A stretch of 64,000 nt of DNA from Tetramitus jugosus (GCA_937625935.1 OW569386.1:186001-250000), one strand, 5' to 3'. Counted from the stretch's first letter, positions 1-11,679 are shown. Made by a program: numbers and translations. Notes: generated from the sequence alone by a model not told the origin.

Positions 1-1
1 T

Positions 2-724
2 GCTCGGTTCCCATCCAACATTGAGCCAATTCAAGAAGTGTTTAAAAAGTTCTACCTAGACAAGCACTCTGGTCGTGTTTTGAAGTGGCAAAACTCATTG
101 GGCCAATGCACTCTTCGCGCTCATTTCCCATTAGGCTCGAAGGACATTTTGGCATCTGTATTCCAAGCTAGTATCCTATTCTTATTCAATGATAAGGATA
201 CGTTGAGCTATTCTGAAATCAAGTCGCTCTGTGGTATTGATGATGAAGGCGAGTTGCGCAGAACATTGCAGTCATTAACTCTAGGCAAAGTCAAAGTTTT
301 GACAAAAACACCAGCCATTGCAGAGAACAGCATTGACTCCTTTGATCCACAAAAGGTTCCAGATCTCGCATTCCACTACAACAAGGACTTCCATCACTCT
401 CTCATCCGAATTCGAATCAACTCGATCCAGATTCGTGAGACAAAGCAGGAGCAAGCAGAAACCACTGAAAAGATTCTATTGGAGAGACAGTATGCCATCG
501 ATGCAGCTATTGTGAGAATCATGAAAGCAAGAAAACAATTGTCTCACCAGCAACTTGTCACTGAAATATTTAAACAACTCAAGTTCCCAATCAAGGCTAT
601 CGACATTAAGAAACGTATAGAAACATTGATTGAAAGAGAATATATTGAGCGAGTCAATGTTGATGTCACTGCTGAAGATGCTCACAACACCGCAACGACC
701 ACCGGATACAAATACTTGGCCTAA
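2..724 (+). CDS. CUL4: Cullin-4, C-terminal part (gene starts upstream of window)
   Basis: Frame is open from base 2. FYxxKHSGRxLxWQxSLG, ELRRTLQSL and the neddylation domain RQYAIDAAIVRIMKARK...QLKFP...KKRIETLIEREY match cullin-4. Confidence 0.9.
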   Translation, partial: ARFPSNIEPIQEVFKKFYLDKHSGRVLKWQNSLGQCTLRAHFPLGSKDILASVFQASILFLFNDKDTLSYSEIKSLCGIDDEGELRRTLQSLTLGKVKVLTKTPAIAENSIDSFDPQKVPDLAFHYNKDFHHSLIRIRINSIQIRETKQEQAETTEKILLERQYAIDAAIVRIMKARKQLSHQQLVTEIFKQLKFPIKAIDIKKRIETLIEREYIERVNVDVTAEDAHNTATTTGYKYLA

Positions 725-995
725 ACGTAACAACTTTCTTATGAGGAATAATACACCCAACAAAATAAAAAACAACAAACAAAAATCCTTTTTTTGTAAA
801 AATATCTCCTTATTTTGGGTTCTTTGAAGGATAACAGAACCACCACCAAACAAAGATGTCAAACAACAAACAATCAATAGATAAAATTTGTTTTTCATTT
901 GTCTTTATACAGTCGCTCGAGTATTTGTTTCAAATCTCTCTTTCTCTCAATATCCATTTTCCAATTCTAATTGTTGTTATCAATCAAATTTTCAT

Positions 996-1436
996 TCACG
1001 CACTCTTCTGTGATGACGATGATGTAGTTGCCTTTGAAGTTTGCGCATAAACTTCCAATAGAAGATTATCCAACTCTCTCTCCAACTCCTTCTCCAGTTT
1101 GACTTGAGTCTCGGAGATGCTGCCCTCCTTGGTAGACAAGGCCTCTGTCCAATTGTCCAACAATACGTCACTAATGGCCAAATCACGCATTTGTAGGCCA
1201 TATTGGAAAGTGGTTGGCTTTCTGACGGTGCTCTAAAAAAAAAATTTCATTTTTGAATTTCGATCCATAATGTTAGTTAGTTCGTTTGTTGCACATGTGA
1301 GAGATCGGAAGTGAAAAAAGTGCAAAAAATACGGTACCCATCGACCATCAGCGTATCTTCTGACGACGGCTTGACCACCTCCCATGAGTCCAACGAAGAG
1401 AGATAAACCAATGAATGCTGGAAGAATCTGAGACAT
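996..1436 (-). CDS. NDUFA1/MWFE-like complex I subunit with acidic C-terminal extension; exons 1436-1338 and 1232-996
   Basis: A GT..AG intron at 1337-1233 joins MSQILPAFIGLSLFVGLMGGGQAVVRRYADGRW to STVRKPTTFQYGLQMRDLAIS in frame. ILP + TM helix + G..R.......MRD..IS resembles NDUFA1. Confidence 0.6.
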
Positions 1437-1853
1437 GTTGTTTGCTTTTAATCAAGTAATGAAAATGTGCTGCTGGAAGTTTTTTTGTGATTTTGCGTTT
1501 TTTTGGTCGGCGCTAGATGAAAAAGTCCGCTTCTACAATTGTCCCGGCTTTTTTGTCGGTGATTTGATTACATCCATTTGAATTTCACCAAGGTGTGTTC
1601 TTGTTGAGAATCACCAGCTCTCATTGCCTTCTTCCACACTCCCTCGTGTTTCAATCATCTCGGAATAATTCCTGTCACCTCAGATTTCTCTGACAACATG
1701 ACATCTGGCGGTGAATTTTCTGCGCTCGAAATTCCCCAAAGGAAAATGAATTCTCATTTTTTGTGTTCCAAAACAACCTCACAAATATCATCACCAATCA
1801 AAACGACCACCTGCCTCTCTGAAGAGAAACTTGACACACAATAGAGGAGGAAA

Positions 1854-4800
1854 ATGAGGGTCATCAAATATGTTTGCATATGCGAACTAGTTCCCATCTC
1901 TCCAATCACCACATCAACATCAACAACAACAATAGCTCCAACGACATTAACAACATCAACAGCAGCAGCAGCAGCAACAGCAACAACTCATGAAGAACAA
2001 GTAGAATCCAACACAAGCAACAATATTTGCAATGAAAGCTTTGGCAGTAACCCAGCTGCCACTGACAATAACAAGACAAATATTCAATACAATAATAATA
2101 ATAACGATCAATGTATCATTAGCGAAAATAATAATCATAATTGTCAGAGTAGTATGATTAGTGAAGGTGATTATGATGATGATTATGACGATAGTGGATA
2201 TCATGAAGAAGAAAGTGTCATGGTCATTGATGATGACGATGGAGACTCCAATTCCACTACTACTACAGCTACTGCTACTCTCATTCATCCATTGAGCGAA
2301 CATTTTTCATCAACAACCATACATTTCAACAACAACAGCAACAATGACACTAATATTAACGACAATAATACTACGACTACCATGACGGATATGAGTGAAA
2401 ACAAGGAAAATGGTGAAAACAATGAAAACAACGAACAACAAGAGCAAACAAAGAAACAACAACAGCACAGTATGAAGGAACATGTTCGGTACGAGTCAAT
2501 TGTCAGTCAACGGTATCCAAATTCACCAGACGATGATCAATTTCCTAGTTTGTGCCCCAGTTTTGCATTTCCGACCAATACTGTGCTTCAGACACTAGAG
2601 TATCACTGGTTTATTCTTACTGATGTATGTGTTGCTCTTTTGTCTTTCATTTTTTTATTCTTCTTTTTGTTGAAATTTGGTCATTTGTTAATCGATTGGG
2701 TCAAAAAAAACAACAACAGAATTTTGGAAGAAAATTGTATGGTTATGTGTATCCGTTGACTGCATTGCGATCATTGATCATCTTGTCGCCCAATAATTAT
2801 CCATTGAGCTTTTTACGCTTGTTTGATTCATTAAAGATTTCAAATGAGACGCCACAAGTGGATTTGCAGCGCATTTATGAGTTGCAGGACGATTGTTCAA
2901 TGATTTTGAGTGATCCTGTTGTGGAAGATGGCGATGGTGGTGATACGAGAGAAAATGGTAGTGATACTAACGATAATAGAAATGGTGCGAATCAGACGAA
3001 GCATAATGACGAGAATAGTAAAAATGGTGAGACAGTGAAAGATAAGAGTCCGGAGAAGAATGGAGGAGTGAATACGAGTGGTAGCAATGAACAGCAAATA
3101 GAAGTGGATCCGTGCTCTCATCTTGTGCCCTATCTCGATATTCCACTGTTTCCGCTGATTGATAAGCATTCGACCGAGAATTTGGCCTATTTGTACCGTC
3201 ATGTACTGCTGGAGAATTCTATACTTGTGATTACGCCACATCCGAATCTGGGTGTCCTATTTATTGAGAGTATCAAGAATTTGCTGTTTCCGTTCGTGTG
3301 GCCCCATGTGGAAATACCTGTGGCCAACATTAGTTGGACGCACTTTTTAGAAGCACCAGTTCCGTTTATGATGGCAATTACGTGTCAGAGTGTGGAATCG
3401 TTGGCAGAGATGGTGATGGAACAGGAGATTGAACTGTGCGAGAATTGTGTTGTGTTTGATATTGTCAACGATGTGTTGTATGGACCTGATTTCTCAGTGA
3501 TGAGACCGCTGCATTCCAAGAACCGTGCAATTATGAATCAAGTTCAATTATTTATGAATATGATGGGTCCAAAGTTGGACTCGATACGGAAGCGAGGAAA
3601 AGTGAATGTAACTAGCGCTACGAATGTACCTATTACTCCAAGATCGCGTGCTACGCAGTTGGATGCAGAATCCCCCAGTAGGGAGAAGATAGACGAGGGT
3701 GCATCTAGAACGCGGCGTTTAAATACCAAGAGTCAAACGTTATCACCTCCATCGCACCTAGAATCTGTTGATGCTGCAGTGCCTCGACCTGTATCACTAC
3801 AAATCAGTCGGCGGCAACGAAGTACGGCTTGGAAAAGCACGGTAGACGTGTTTCTTACGACGACATCACCGTGGTCATGTGTCTTTGGACTCAACAGAGA
3901 GATTCAGTTCGCATTCCTGACAATTCTCGTCACAATGTTCCAAAATTTTGAGTTTTATATGAAGCGGCCTTCGAAGCCAGCGATTACATCCTCGCCAACA
4001 GATGACAAGCAGGCACATTTTGTTGAGAAACAACACCTGCCAGACTTTTTCGATTTGAACCAATATCTGAAGAACCCTAGACAATTTGATCCACACTTGC
4101 CCCATCTTCCATTCCTGTTGCAATTCAATAAGACGCAACTATTCCATGTATTTATTCAAAAGTGTGAGATCAGTTATCAAGAGGGTAAGTTTGAGCAGTC
4201 AGTGTTCCGGCGGTTGTGTCGAGCCTCCGTTATCGATACGCTCTCTGTGATTGTCAATCGGTTTCATACAACATTCCACGAGAAGATTTTCAAGAGAGGC
4301 CAATTTCGAAAGAGTTGGAAGAAGAGGGACTTTGTTCTGGAGCGGGGCAGTCTCACACTAAAGTACTTTGCTGCCAATACGCTCAAAGGAAGTCTGTTGC
4401 TCGAAGCAACCAATGTCGAGCGTATTTCCTTGGGCAATCTCCAGCAAGTAGAAGACTCGTCATCACCCACACCCTACGGTATCATTGTCACAACAGTTAG
4501 ACCCAAGAAGAGAACTCTGTTCTGTTGTACGGACTCCCTCGAAGCTCAACAAGCCTGGTTCGACATTTTCCACTCTCGAACGTTCCTTTCAGACGACGGT
4601 TTTGCACACTTGTGTCAGTTCTATCAGGTGAACAATCTTGGACCGAGCAGCACAACTTGCTCACTCAGCAACACTCTGTCCAACATGGTCATGTATGAAT
4701 CTGGTGAAATGGGCAAAATGTTGGACGATTCGTTCCCTGCCGAGAAAGTGCAACTCGTACTTGCCGGTCAATCACCACAGTCAAAGAACAAGAGCAACAA

Positions 4801-4921
4801 CAGTCCTGCACTTAACCTGAATCTGAATCTGGTCAATAACAATCACCAAGATCCTTCTTACTGGGACAAGATGCTTCAGGTACTCATGAGAGAGAATGGC
4901 CAACAACAGACAATCCTCTAG
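1854..4921 (+). CDS. DENN-domain Rab GEF with C-terminal PH domain; intron 2625-2719
   Basis: Splicing (GTATGT..CAG) yields uDENN HWFILTD-NFGRKLYG. cDENN LLFPFVWPHVEIP..FLEAPVPFMMAI, dDENN FNKTQLFHVFI, PH KRGQFRKSWKKRDFVL...AWF. Confidence 0.85.
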
Positions 4922-5087
4922 TAAAGCAATCACACACACTTCTTGCCCTTATGACAAAACAAAATCTATCATCAATAACGAATCCTTGCTAACCGGAAAA
5001 AAAAGTTGTACGCTTTTTCTCGTTAATAGTAGTAGTGATACACATTTTATTTAAATTTTTCAAAGTAGAATTACAATAATTATTGAT

Positions 5088-5399
5088 TTAAATGTACTTC
5101 TTGATCTCTTCTTCCAACTTTTGAACGTTAGCTCCAGGGAAGCTTGACAACTTTTCACCATTCTTGAAGAACATAAATGTTGGCATAGCAGTAATCTCAT
5201 ACTCCTCAGCAATAGCTTCTGCTTCATCGACATCAACCTTGATGAAAACAGCGTCGGTATACGTGTTGGAGAATGCTTCAAATTTTGGAGCAATCATCTT
5301 GCAAGGTCCACACCATGTGGCCCAAAAGTCGACAACGACCAATTGGGATCCTCCGATGATAGTCTTGAATTCAGAAATGTCAGTAACTTGCTTGACCAT
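5088..5399 (-). CDS. TXN: Thioredoxin
   Basis: VVVDFWATWCGPCK active site and cis-Pro AMPTF; 103 aa from ATG 5399. Confidence 0.95.
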   Translation of the reverse strand: MVKQVTDISEFKTIIGGSQLVVVDFWATWCGPCKMIAPKFEAFSNTYTDAVFIKVDVDEAEAIAEEYEITAMPTFMFFKNGEKLSSFPGANVQKLEEEIKKYI

Positions 5400-5572
5400 T
5401 GTTTGCTTTTTGTTGTTGTTGCTGTGTGTGATTTGTTTGTTGTTTTTTTTCAAAGGGTTTTTATCTGGGGTCTAAATTGAAGCGGATGATCAGCGGGGAA
5501 CAAAATTCTAAGAATACTTGAGTTGCGGAGAATGTGGGTCCGCAAAGTTCTTCTGGGCTGAGAAGGAGTTTC

Positions 5573-7075
5573 CTACGACATGGTCTTTATTCTCTGTTCA
5601 AAGAGATCAATCTCTTTCAGTTCGAGTTCAGGTGATAGATTCACTGTTGAAAGCTCGCTTCTGGAAGGATCAAGTTTGGTCCTCCGCAGAAATGTTGAAT
5701 TGGCGCTCTTTGGTCTGGGTGACATCCCTCGAGAGCTTCTGGTCCTTGCAGATTCTAAAGTTGACTTGTTTGCTTCTCTAGTTGAGTATGGTATTAAACC
5801 CTTGTATCGGAGCTGAGTGGTTTTTGTAGAGTCGAAAAGAACAGCTACTGGTTGAGTACCAGTCATCCGTTCATTGTGGTAGTTGTCATCGGCTACAGAG
5901 GGAGCATTGGAATAGGCTTCATCTGATACCCAATCATCGTTTGATACTAGATCTTGGAGTTGCATATGAACTCTGGGATCTCCTTTCACAACTCGTTTCA
6001 AAAAGTTGTTCTCTCTTTGTTCAGTGAACTGTTTCCGGATTTGATTCACTTTTAGTTTCTTCTCAATAAATTCAATATTGTCTTGCATGACTCTTTCAAA
6101 GACAGCTTGTTCGACACAGGATTCTTCTATTTTCTTGTTTAATTCATGCACTTTGGGGTCTGTCCACCCAAAATCTTTACTTCCAAAGTGTCGCTTAAAA
6201 GGGGCTTTGATTAGAGGATAGTGTTTGTGGTACTGATTCTGAAGATATTGTTGATATCTTTGTTTCATTCTTTGATTCTTCGGTTCCTTGCTCTCAACCA
6301 TATTGTACTGATAATCGTGTACTAAATCGCCTAAGAGGACATTCATTTGTTCTTCTTTTTGAATCATGTCCTCTTGATTATTGGTGGTATGTAATTCTGA
6401 AGTTCCATCATCTTGGTGGTTCCTAACAGAGGAAACACTTCGTTTCGTCTCTATAAAATTCTGTTGCGTGTTCTTAGGTATGACTGTCGATAAATAGTTG
6501 TGAGACAAGCGACTTGTAGAAGCTCGGGATGATGGAGCAGAAGTGGGTCGACTAAGCTGTCGACTCTGTATCATTGTCGTGCGATCGTTAAATCGAATGT
6601 GAGTTGATTGAATGTCATCTAATTCTCCAATTGAACTATAGTTGTTCAACATTGGAGTAGGTGGAGGAGGGATAGACTCGACCTGAGTATCATACTTCTT
6701 TGTTGTCGACTTTCGGTTCTTTCTCGTATACGAGATTGGTTGTGCTGGAATATAGCTCGTTTTCTTTCGTTTCTTGTTCCTCTCTAGTTCTTCCAGTAAC
6801 AGCAAAATAGCATTGTCCTCTTCTCCATATTCACATTGATTGACTACAGTTGCTGTATGATTTGTGTGTTCGATCATTGTGGCATACAGTTTCTCGCTCG
6901 TTTGATTGCCCTTATAGTAGCGAGACATGTGTTCGTGAATAGGAAGAGTCGAGCTCGTACTCTTGAAGCTATTGACACGAGAGGGTGCTGTGGGAAGAGA
7001 ATTTGATCTTCTACCTCTATTTTGCTCTTCTTTTTGTTTTAGGTCCCTCTGCCTTTGCTGATGGATATTGTACAT
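5573..7075 (-). CDS. Hypothetical protein, low complexity/coiled-coil
   Basis: ~500-codon ORF with typical composition (RPTSAP/RPKSA motifs); no recognised domain; first ATG at 7075. Confidence 0.65.
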   Translation of the reverse strand: MYNIHQQRQRDLKQKEEQNRGRRSNSLPTAPSRVNSFKSTSSTLPIHEHMSRYYKGNQTSEKLYATMIEHTNHTATVVNQCEYGEEDNAILLLLEELERNKKRKKTSYIPAQPISYTRKNRKSTTKKYDTQVESIPPPPTPMLNNYSSIGELDDIQSTHIRFNDRTTMIQSRQLSRPTSAPSSRASTSRLSHNYLSTVIPKNTQQNFIETKRSVSSVRNHQDDGTSELHTTNNQEDMIQKEEQMNVLLGDLVHDYQYNMVESKEPKNQRMKQRYQQYLQNQYHKHYPLIKAPFKRHFGSKDFGWTDPKVHELNKKIEESCVEQAVFERVMQDNIEFIEKKLKVNQIRKQFTEQRENNFLKRVVKGDPRVHMQLQDLVSNDDWVSDEAYSNAPSVADDNYHNERMTGTQPVAVLFDSTKTTQLRYKGLIPYSTREANKSTLESARTRSSRGMSPRPKSANSTFLRRTKLDPSRSELSTVNLSPELELKEIDLFEQRIKTMS

Positions 7076-7256
7076 GCTGTTATGTGCTAGTAGCTCTGTA
7101 TCAAGAGGCAAACAGAGAAATAACAGTTCTATGTAGTGTATGATCGAAACGAGTGGGCCAACAATAGTTAACGAATGATTGAACCGGTTTTCGCAAAGTT
7201 GTAGCGGACAACATGTCGGTTTTTATAACGGTCATGAGAATTGGTTGTTGGCGCTC

Positions 7257-8612
7257 TCAGAGCTCGTCGTGTGAAATCTTGTGAATCGATTTAACGGAGG
7301 GCATCTGCTGTGTGATGCAATGCATGCCACCACCACCAAAGTTAATGGAGTCTGTATCGATTTGAGCAATTGTTCTTCCAGGGAATACTGTTTGGAAGAT
7401 TTTGAGTGCTTGCTCATCCTTCTCCTTGTGGAGTAGTGATCTACATTCCTTGTAATACTTTGGAATCAAGACAACCTTATTAGCGATGATAAAGTTCAGG
7501 TAACTGGCAGCAGAAACAACAGTGACTGGACGAGAGATATCAATTGTTGATCCATCTCTCATGTCCATTGCAGCAAGCTCATTGAACACAAAATCGTTGC
7601 TATCCATCTCGACTTCGATCGATGGAACAGCAGGGACACGAACAATGTTGAATGGCTTTCCGTCTTGATCCGTAGCTCTCTGCAAAATGTCCAAGTTCTT
7701 CTTCATGTTATCATAGGTAATTCTAGCCAATGGATCACTGTCTTTTTCGTCTTCTGGAACTTCAATCAACAACACTGTGTTTTCATCCACAAATCGAATG
7801 AATTCATCCAAGTGACCTCCCGTAGCCAATGCAGTATACAGATTGGTTCCAGGAATCTTTCCATAATAGGAAAGCTCATCATCAGGCAAACCAGCATCGA
7901 ACCACACAATATGATTCACGTTCAACACTCTCTTCATTTCCTCAGCAATCTGATCCAAAGTATCGAACCCTTGATCAATATTTCTCTGCAATTGAACAAC
8001 CTTGCTCATGAACAGTGTTCCTCTTCCATTAAACTCTCGGTCACCACCTTCAGAGATCAATGAACTTCTTCTCACTGGCAAATTCAATTCTTGAGCAATG
8101 AGACGATCCACAGCCTCTTCTACCAAGCTCTCTGGATCCGTTGGCTTCAAATAACTCCAAACATTGAAACCAAAGTCAACAATGCTTAGCTCTTGCTTCT
8201 GTTCATCCTTTAGAAAGATGGGACCCATGTCTCTCAACCAAATATTGACATAGGGAACCATGTGAAACCTCATTCTTGACACATTTACTCCAAATTCACT
8301 TGAAAGCTGTTGCTTTGCTACAGCAAGCACAGATTCATTGTGAACGAGGTAATCCACAAAAAATTGGGATGAATCTGGATTGAACTTGAACATGGTGTTT
8401 ATCATGTTGGCTTGTGTCTCAATAATGGCATGTCCTTGCTTGAAATTAAAGTTTGGATAGGCCATCCAAATGGATTGCACTGGTTCGTGCTCACCAGGGA
8501 ATCTGAGATGAGGAGTCAACGTTGTGCATGACGATGGAATAATTTGTGTGCACAATGCAATGACAATCAATGTCACAACCACTAGAGCGAGTGTGGAATA
8601 ATTTGCTCTCAT
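7257..8612 (-). CDS. Agmatine deiminase / Porphyromonas-type peptidylarginine deiminase family, with signal peptide and C-terminal HDEL
   Basis: FPGEHEP, WLRDMGP, SEGG, GHLDE, ASYLNF and GGGGMHCITQQ (catalytic Cys). N-terminal MRANYSTLALVVVTLIVIALC; ends SHDEL*. Confidence 0.9.
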   Translation of the reverse strand: MRANYSTLALVVVTLIVIALCTQIIPSSCTTLTPHLRFPGEHEPVQSIWMAYPNFNFKQGHAIIETQANMINTMFKFNPDSSQFFVDYLVHNESVLAVAKQQLSSEFGVNVSRMRFHMVPYVNIWLRDMGPIFLKDEQKQELSIVDFGFNVWSYLKPTDPESLVEEAVDRLIAQELNLPVRRSSLISEGGDREFNGRGTLFMSKVVQLQRNIDQGFDTLDQIAEEMKRVLNVNHIVWFDAGLPDDELSYYGKIPGTNLYTALATGGHLDEFIRFVDENTVLLIEVPEDEKDSDPLARITYDNMKKNLDILQRATDQDGKPFNIVRVPAVPSIEVEMDSNDFVFNELAAMDMRDGSTIDISRPVTVVSAASYLNFIIANKVVLIPKYYKECRSLLHKEKDEQALKIFQTVFPGRTIAQIDTDSINFGGGGMHCITQQMPSVKSIHKISHDEL

Positions 8613-8744
8613 TTTTTGCTTTTTGATTGAATTTGACCTTGCATAATTTCCCGCTTTTGTCGTTCCAGAAAATTCTGGAATATGTTCCCAAAAGCAACCA
8701 CAAATTTCTGCTTTTTCAAACGTTGAAGAAGCAAACAGAGAAAA

Positions 8745-10565
8745 ATGACACAACAACTACGACCATCACAGAGCATAAAAGATGAACATCACCCTGCTAT
8801 ATCAACAGCATCATCACAGAGCATCTATGATCTCATCAGAGCTACAGAAGAAGAAGACGCTGAACATGATGAAAATGATGATGACCAACAACAAATTCCA
8901 ACATCTACACTGGACATGACCACTCATACTCACTACCATGGTACTCAATCACAATACAACAACAACAATCATAAAGGTGAGATAAATAATGATGATAGTG
9001 ATGATGACTCTCAAGACTTTTTCAAGGAATCATCGTTTGATGTGTCATCAGATGGATTGACCATGAGTCACGCACTCAACATGTTGCTCAACAATGAACG
9101 ATTACCATGTGAACAAGCCTTTCCACTCATTGATCAATTGTTGATCGAGTTTCATAAGCTAAAAATTTTTTTGTTGCGTGATTTTGTCTTGTTGTTGAGC
9201 TGTGAGGCATCTACGGCAGAGCAGCATCGACGATATCAACAGGCACGTGACCGGATCATGACTTGCAAGTTTGTGTTTGCTCAAGATGAGAATCATGTGT
9301 TTTCTAGGTTTAATTTATCAGAGGAGGATCAACGTGGTCGATCTATTGTGGATCAAACATTGATTGTGAATCGGTGCAAGCAAGAATCGATTGATTTACT
9401 GTTTTTTGAGTTGAATCAATTGTTGTTGGTGCGTCCAGTGATTACTGCACTCAAATTTAAGCAACATGCGAGTCGAAAAACAGTCTTGTCGTTTGGTGAT
9501 TCGAAATTGGATCGATTGTTGGGTGGTGGTCTACGAACGAGGTGCATTACAGAGTTGTGGGGCGAGAGTGGATCGGGAAAGACTCAATTGTGCATGCAAT
9601 TGTTGTCCATGACTGTGACTCCACAGTCCGTGTTGGGAGGAATGGGATGTCGAGCAGTGTATATCCATTCGGAACCATTCCCTGTGGATCGATTGTCGAT
9701 CATGTGTGATGAACGGTTCAATCAGATTGAGCAAATAAAGGAAGCACAGAGAGCGAAACTAGGCGAGAATGAGGAGATTAGCTCAGATTTGGACATGATT
9801 GATGCGCAGAGTGATCTCATGAGTCGAATTTTTACCGTGTCAGTGTCTGCGATCACAGACTTTATGGAGACAATTGACAAGAAATTGATGGAGCATTGTG
9901 CGAGATGCGAGGACAGCACACCAATCAAATTAATTATTGTAGATAGTATTACGGCTCTATTTAGAACGGAGAATGCAATGACGAGGAGTGCGCAGTTGGG
10001 AGATGTCGTCAATAAGTTGCGTAGAATATCGGAACGATTTAATTTATGTATATTGATTGTGAATCAGGTGAGTGATCATTTCTCAAATGATACGAGTTTG
10101 TTACCGTCAATGAATGATCACACGTCAACACAAAACAATTCAGAACAAATCATACGGTCACAGATGGCTTATGAGGCTGTTCTCTATTCTGATCCGAATC
10201 TTATTGAGGGAGATGACGAACAGGATGAAGTTCTGAGGCGATACAGAAGGCAATTTTATTTGTCTAATGTTGGAGGAAGAGTTCGCAAGAAGCCTGCTTT
10301 AGGATTGGCTTGGACATGCTATGTGAATATGAGTTTGATGTGCTCAAGAAACGAACGAGCGTCGAACATAACTTTTAAGACTGAGAGTCCTCATAAACGA
10401 AGGCGTATTTCAACTGGGGAGGATGTTTCCATGTTGGACGATCAATTTGAATCACAAGAAGTAGTTGTGAGACAATTACACGTTGTGTTCGCTCCTCATC
10501 TGAAAAACGGGGCACAATCGTTTATCATTGAACAGTCTGGCGTGAGGGGCATAGACATTACATAA
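8745..10565 (+). CDS. XRCC3: RAD51 paralogue XRCC3/Rad57-like
   Basis: LDRLLGGGL..ITELWGESGSGKTQLC (Walker A), LIIVDSITALFR (Walker B), VNQV, KPALGLAW and R.L.VVFAPHL typical of XRCC3. Confidence 0.8.
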   Translation: MTQQLRPSQSIKDEHHPAISTASSQSIYDLIRATEEEDAEHDENDDDQQQIPTSTLDMTTHTHYHGTQSQYNNNNHKGEINNDDSDDDSQDFFKESSFDVSSDGLTMSHALNMLLNNERLPCEQAFPLIDQLLIEFHKLKIFLLRDFVLLLSCEASTAEQHRRYQQARDRIMTCKFVFAQDENHVFSRFNLSEEDQRGRSIVDQTLIVNRCKQESIDLLFFELNQLLLVRPVITALKFKQHASRKTVLSFGDSKLDRLLGGGLRTRCITELWGESGSGKTQLCMQLLSMTVTPQSVLGGMGCRAVYIHSEPFPVDRLSIMCDERFNQIEQIKEAQRAKLGENEEISSDLDMIDAQSDLMSRIFTVSVSAITDFMETIDKKLMEHCARCEDSTPIKLIIVDSITALFRTENAMTRSAQLGDVVNKLRRISERFNLCILIVNQVSDHFSNDTSLLPSMNDHTSTQNNSEQIIRSQMAYEAVLYSDPNLIEGDDEQDEVLRRYRRQFYLSNVGGRVRKKPALGLAWTCYVNMSLMCSRNERASNITFKTESPHKRRRISTGEDVSMLDDQFESQEVVVRQLHVVFAPHLKNGAQSFIIEQSGVRGIDIT

Positions 10566-10755
10566 ACAAGCATTCCTTCATTCACTGACAATGATTCCAC
10601 TTGATTGAACAACTCTGAATCCACTCAACTTCAATTCGGCCTCCATATTGCTAGCCATCCTCTGGACCGCCACCTTTTATTGTTAAGGCAAGTCTGTAAG
10701 TGTCTTCCTGTCATTCACCCAAAAAACCACAAAAAACGTTCTTCTCTCCACAACA

Positions 10756-11046
10756 ATGAATCGTCTGCGCATAATGGCCACGAGACAACTTTCCAGAATC
10801 AACAAAATGGAATTGGGCAGACAAAAGGTCCGATTGTTTGCAACAGAAACTCCAACTACCGATCTTGATCGTCTGTTGGCCCAAGAAACGACAGAAGAGC
10901 TTCAAAAATTGAACGAAGATCTTTGCAAAGATCCACGATTCCTCCAAGCCATCGAAGATGCCAAAAAAGATCGAGGCAAAAGAGCTGAGGCATTGAGGAA
11001 AGCATTGGAGGAGGCAGAGGAGAACTTTAAGCATTCAGTTTACTGA
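10756..11046 (+). CDS. Small hypothetical protein, likely mitochondrial
   Basis: Arg-rich, acid-poor N-terminus (MNRLRIMATRQLSR...RLFAT) followed by a helical charged region. Confidence 0.55.
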   Translation: MNRLRIMATRQLSRINKMELGRQKVRLFATETPTTDLDRLLAQETTEELQKLNEDLCKDPRFLQAIEDAKKDRGKRAEALRKALEEAEENFKHSVY

Positions 11047-11147
11047 GAGACAATAAACCCAATAGTTTTTTGTAACCTGAGTGACACTTGACACCAGACA
11101 AAAATTGAAAAAAGATCCCAAAAACAAACAAGACCACCCAACGAAGC

Positions 11148-11679
11148 ATGTCAAAACAAGAAGCAAAGATTCAGATGAAAAAAGATTTAGAACAAGAGGT
11201 GATCCTCAAATTCGGTTTCATTCCCAACAATTTCGTTGCTGGTAGAAAGTCCGCTGGCGGCAAAAATCTATTTGAGCGCCGTAGAGCACAAGAAGGAATG
11301 TGCAACAATGAGTTTCAAAGAACGAAACATTGTTGACTACATTGTGAGCTTGCATCACAAGGATGAATACTTTTCGTCCATGCACAGGAATTTTCTTCTC
11401 AATAAGGCTGAAATCTCCGCATCCGAATTGGAGCTATACGAGTCGGGCAATCGGGAGGAGTTGGAGAAAATGGGAAGAGAGGGGTGGATTGTGATTGCAA
11501 CGAGATATATTTTGTTGCATTTTGGTAGAGACCTCTCTGAGAGTGATTTAGAGCTGTTTAGACAGAATGGTATCACGAGAGAAATCTGGTATGAGATTGC
11601 TTCCTATGTCGGGCTCAAATTTACGAACAATATTGTAAACAATATTGCCAAGCCAACCTTGGATCCAGAGTTCAAGTAA
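11148..11679 (+). CDS. AhpD/carboxymuconolactone decarboxylase-like protein, frameshifted near 11233 (pseudogene or sequencing indel)
   Basis: KFGFIPN in one frame continues as LLVESP...Y, ER.IV..IVS, H, G..LSESDLELF...G.T...EI, NNIAK..LD in the next frame; this is the AhpD-family pattern. Confidence 0.65.
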
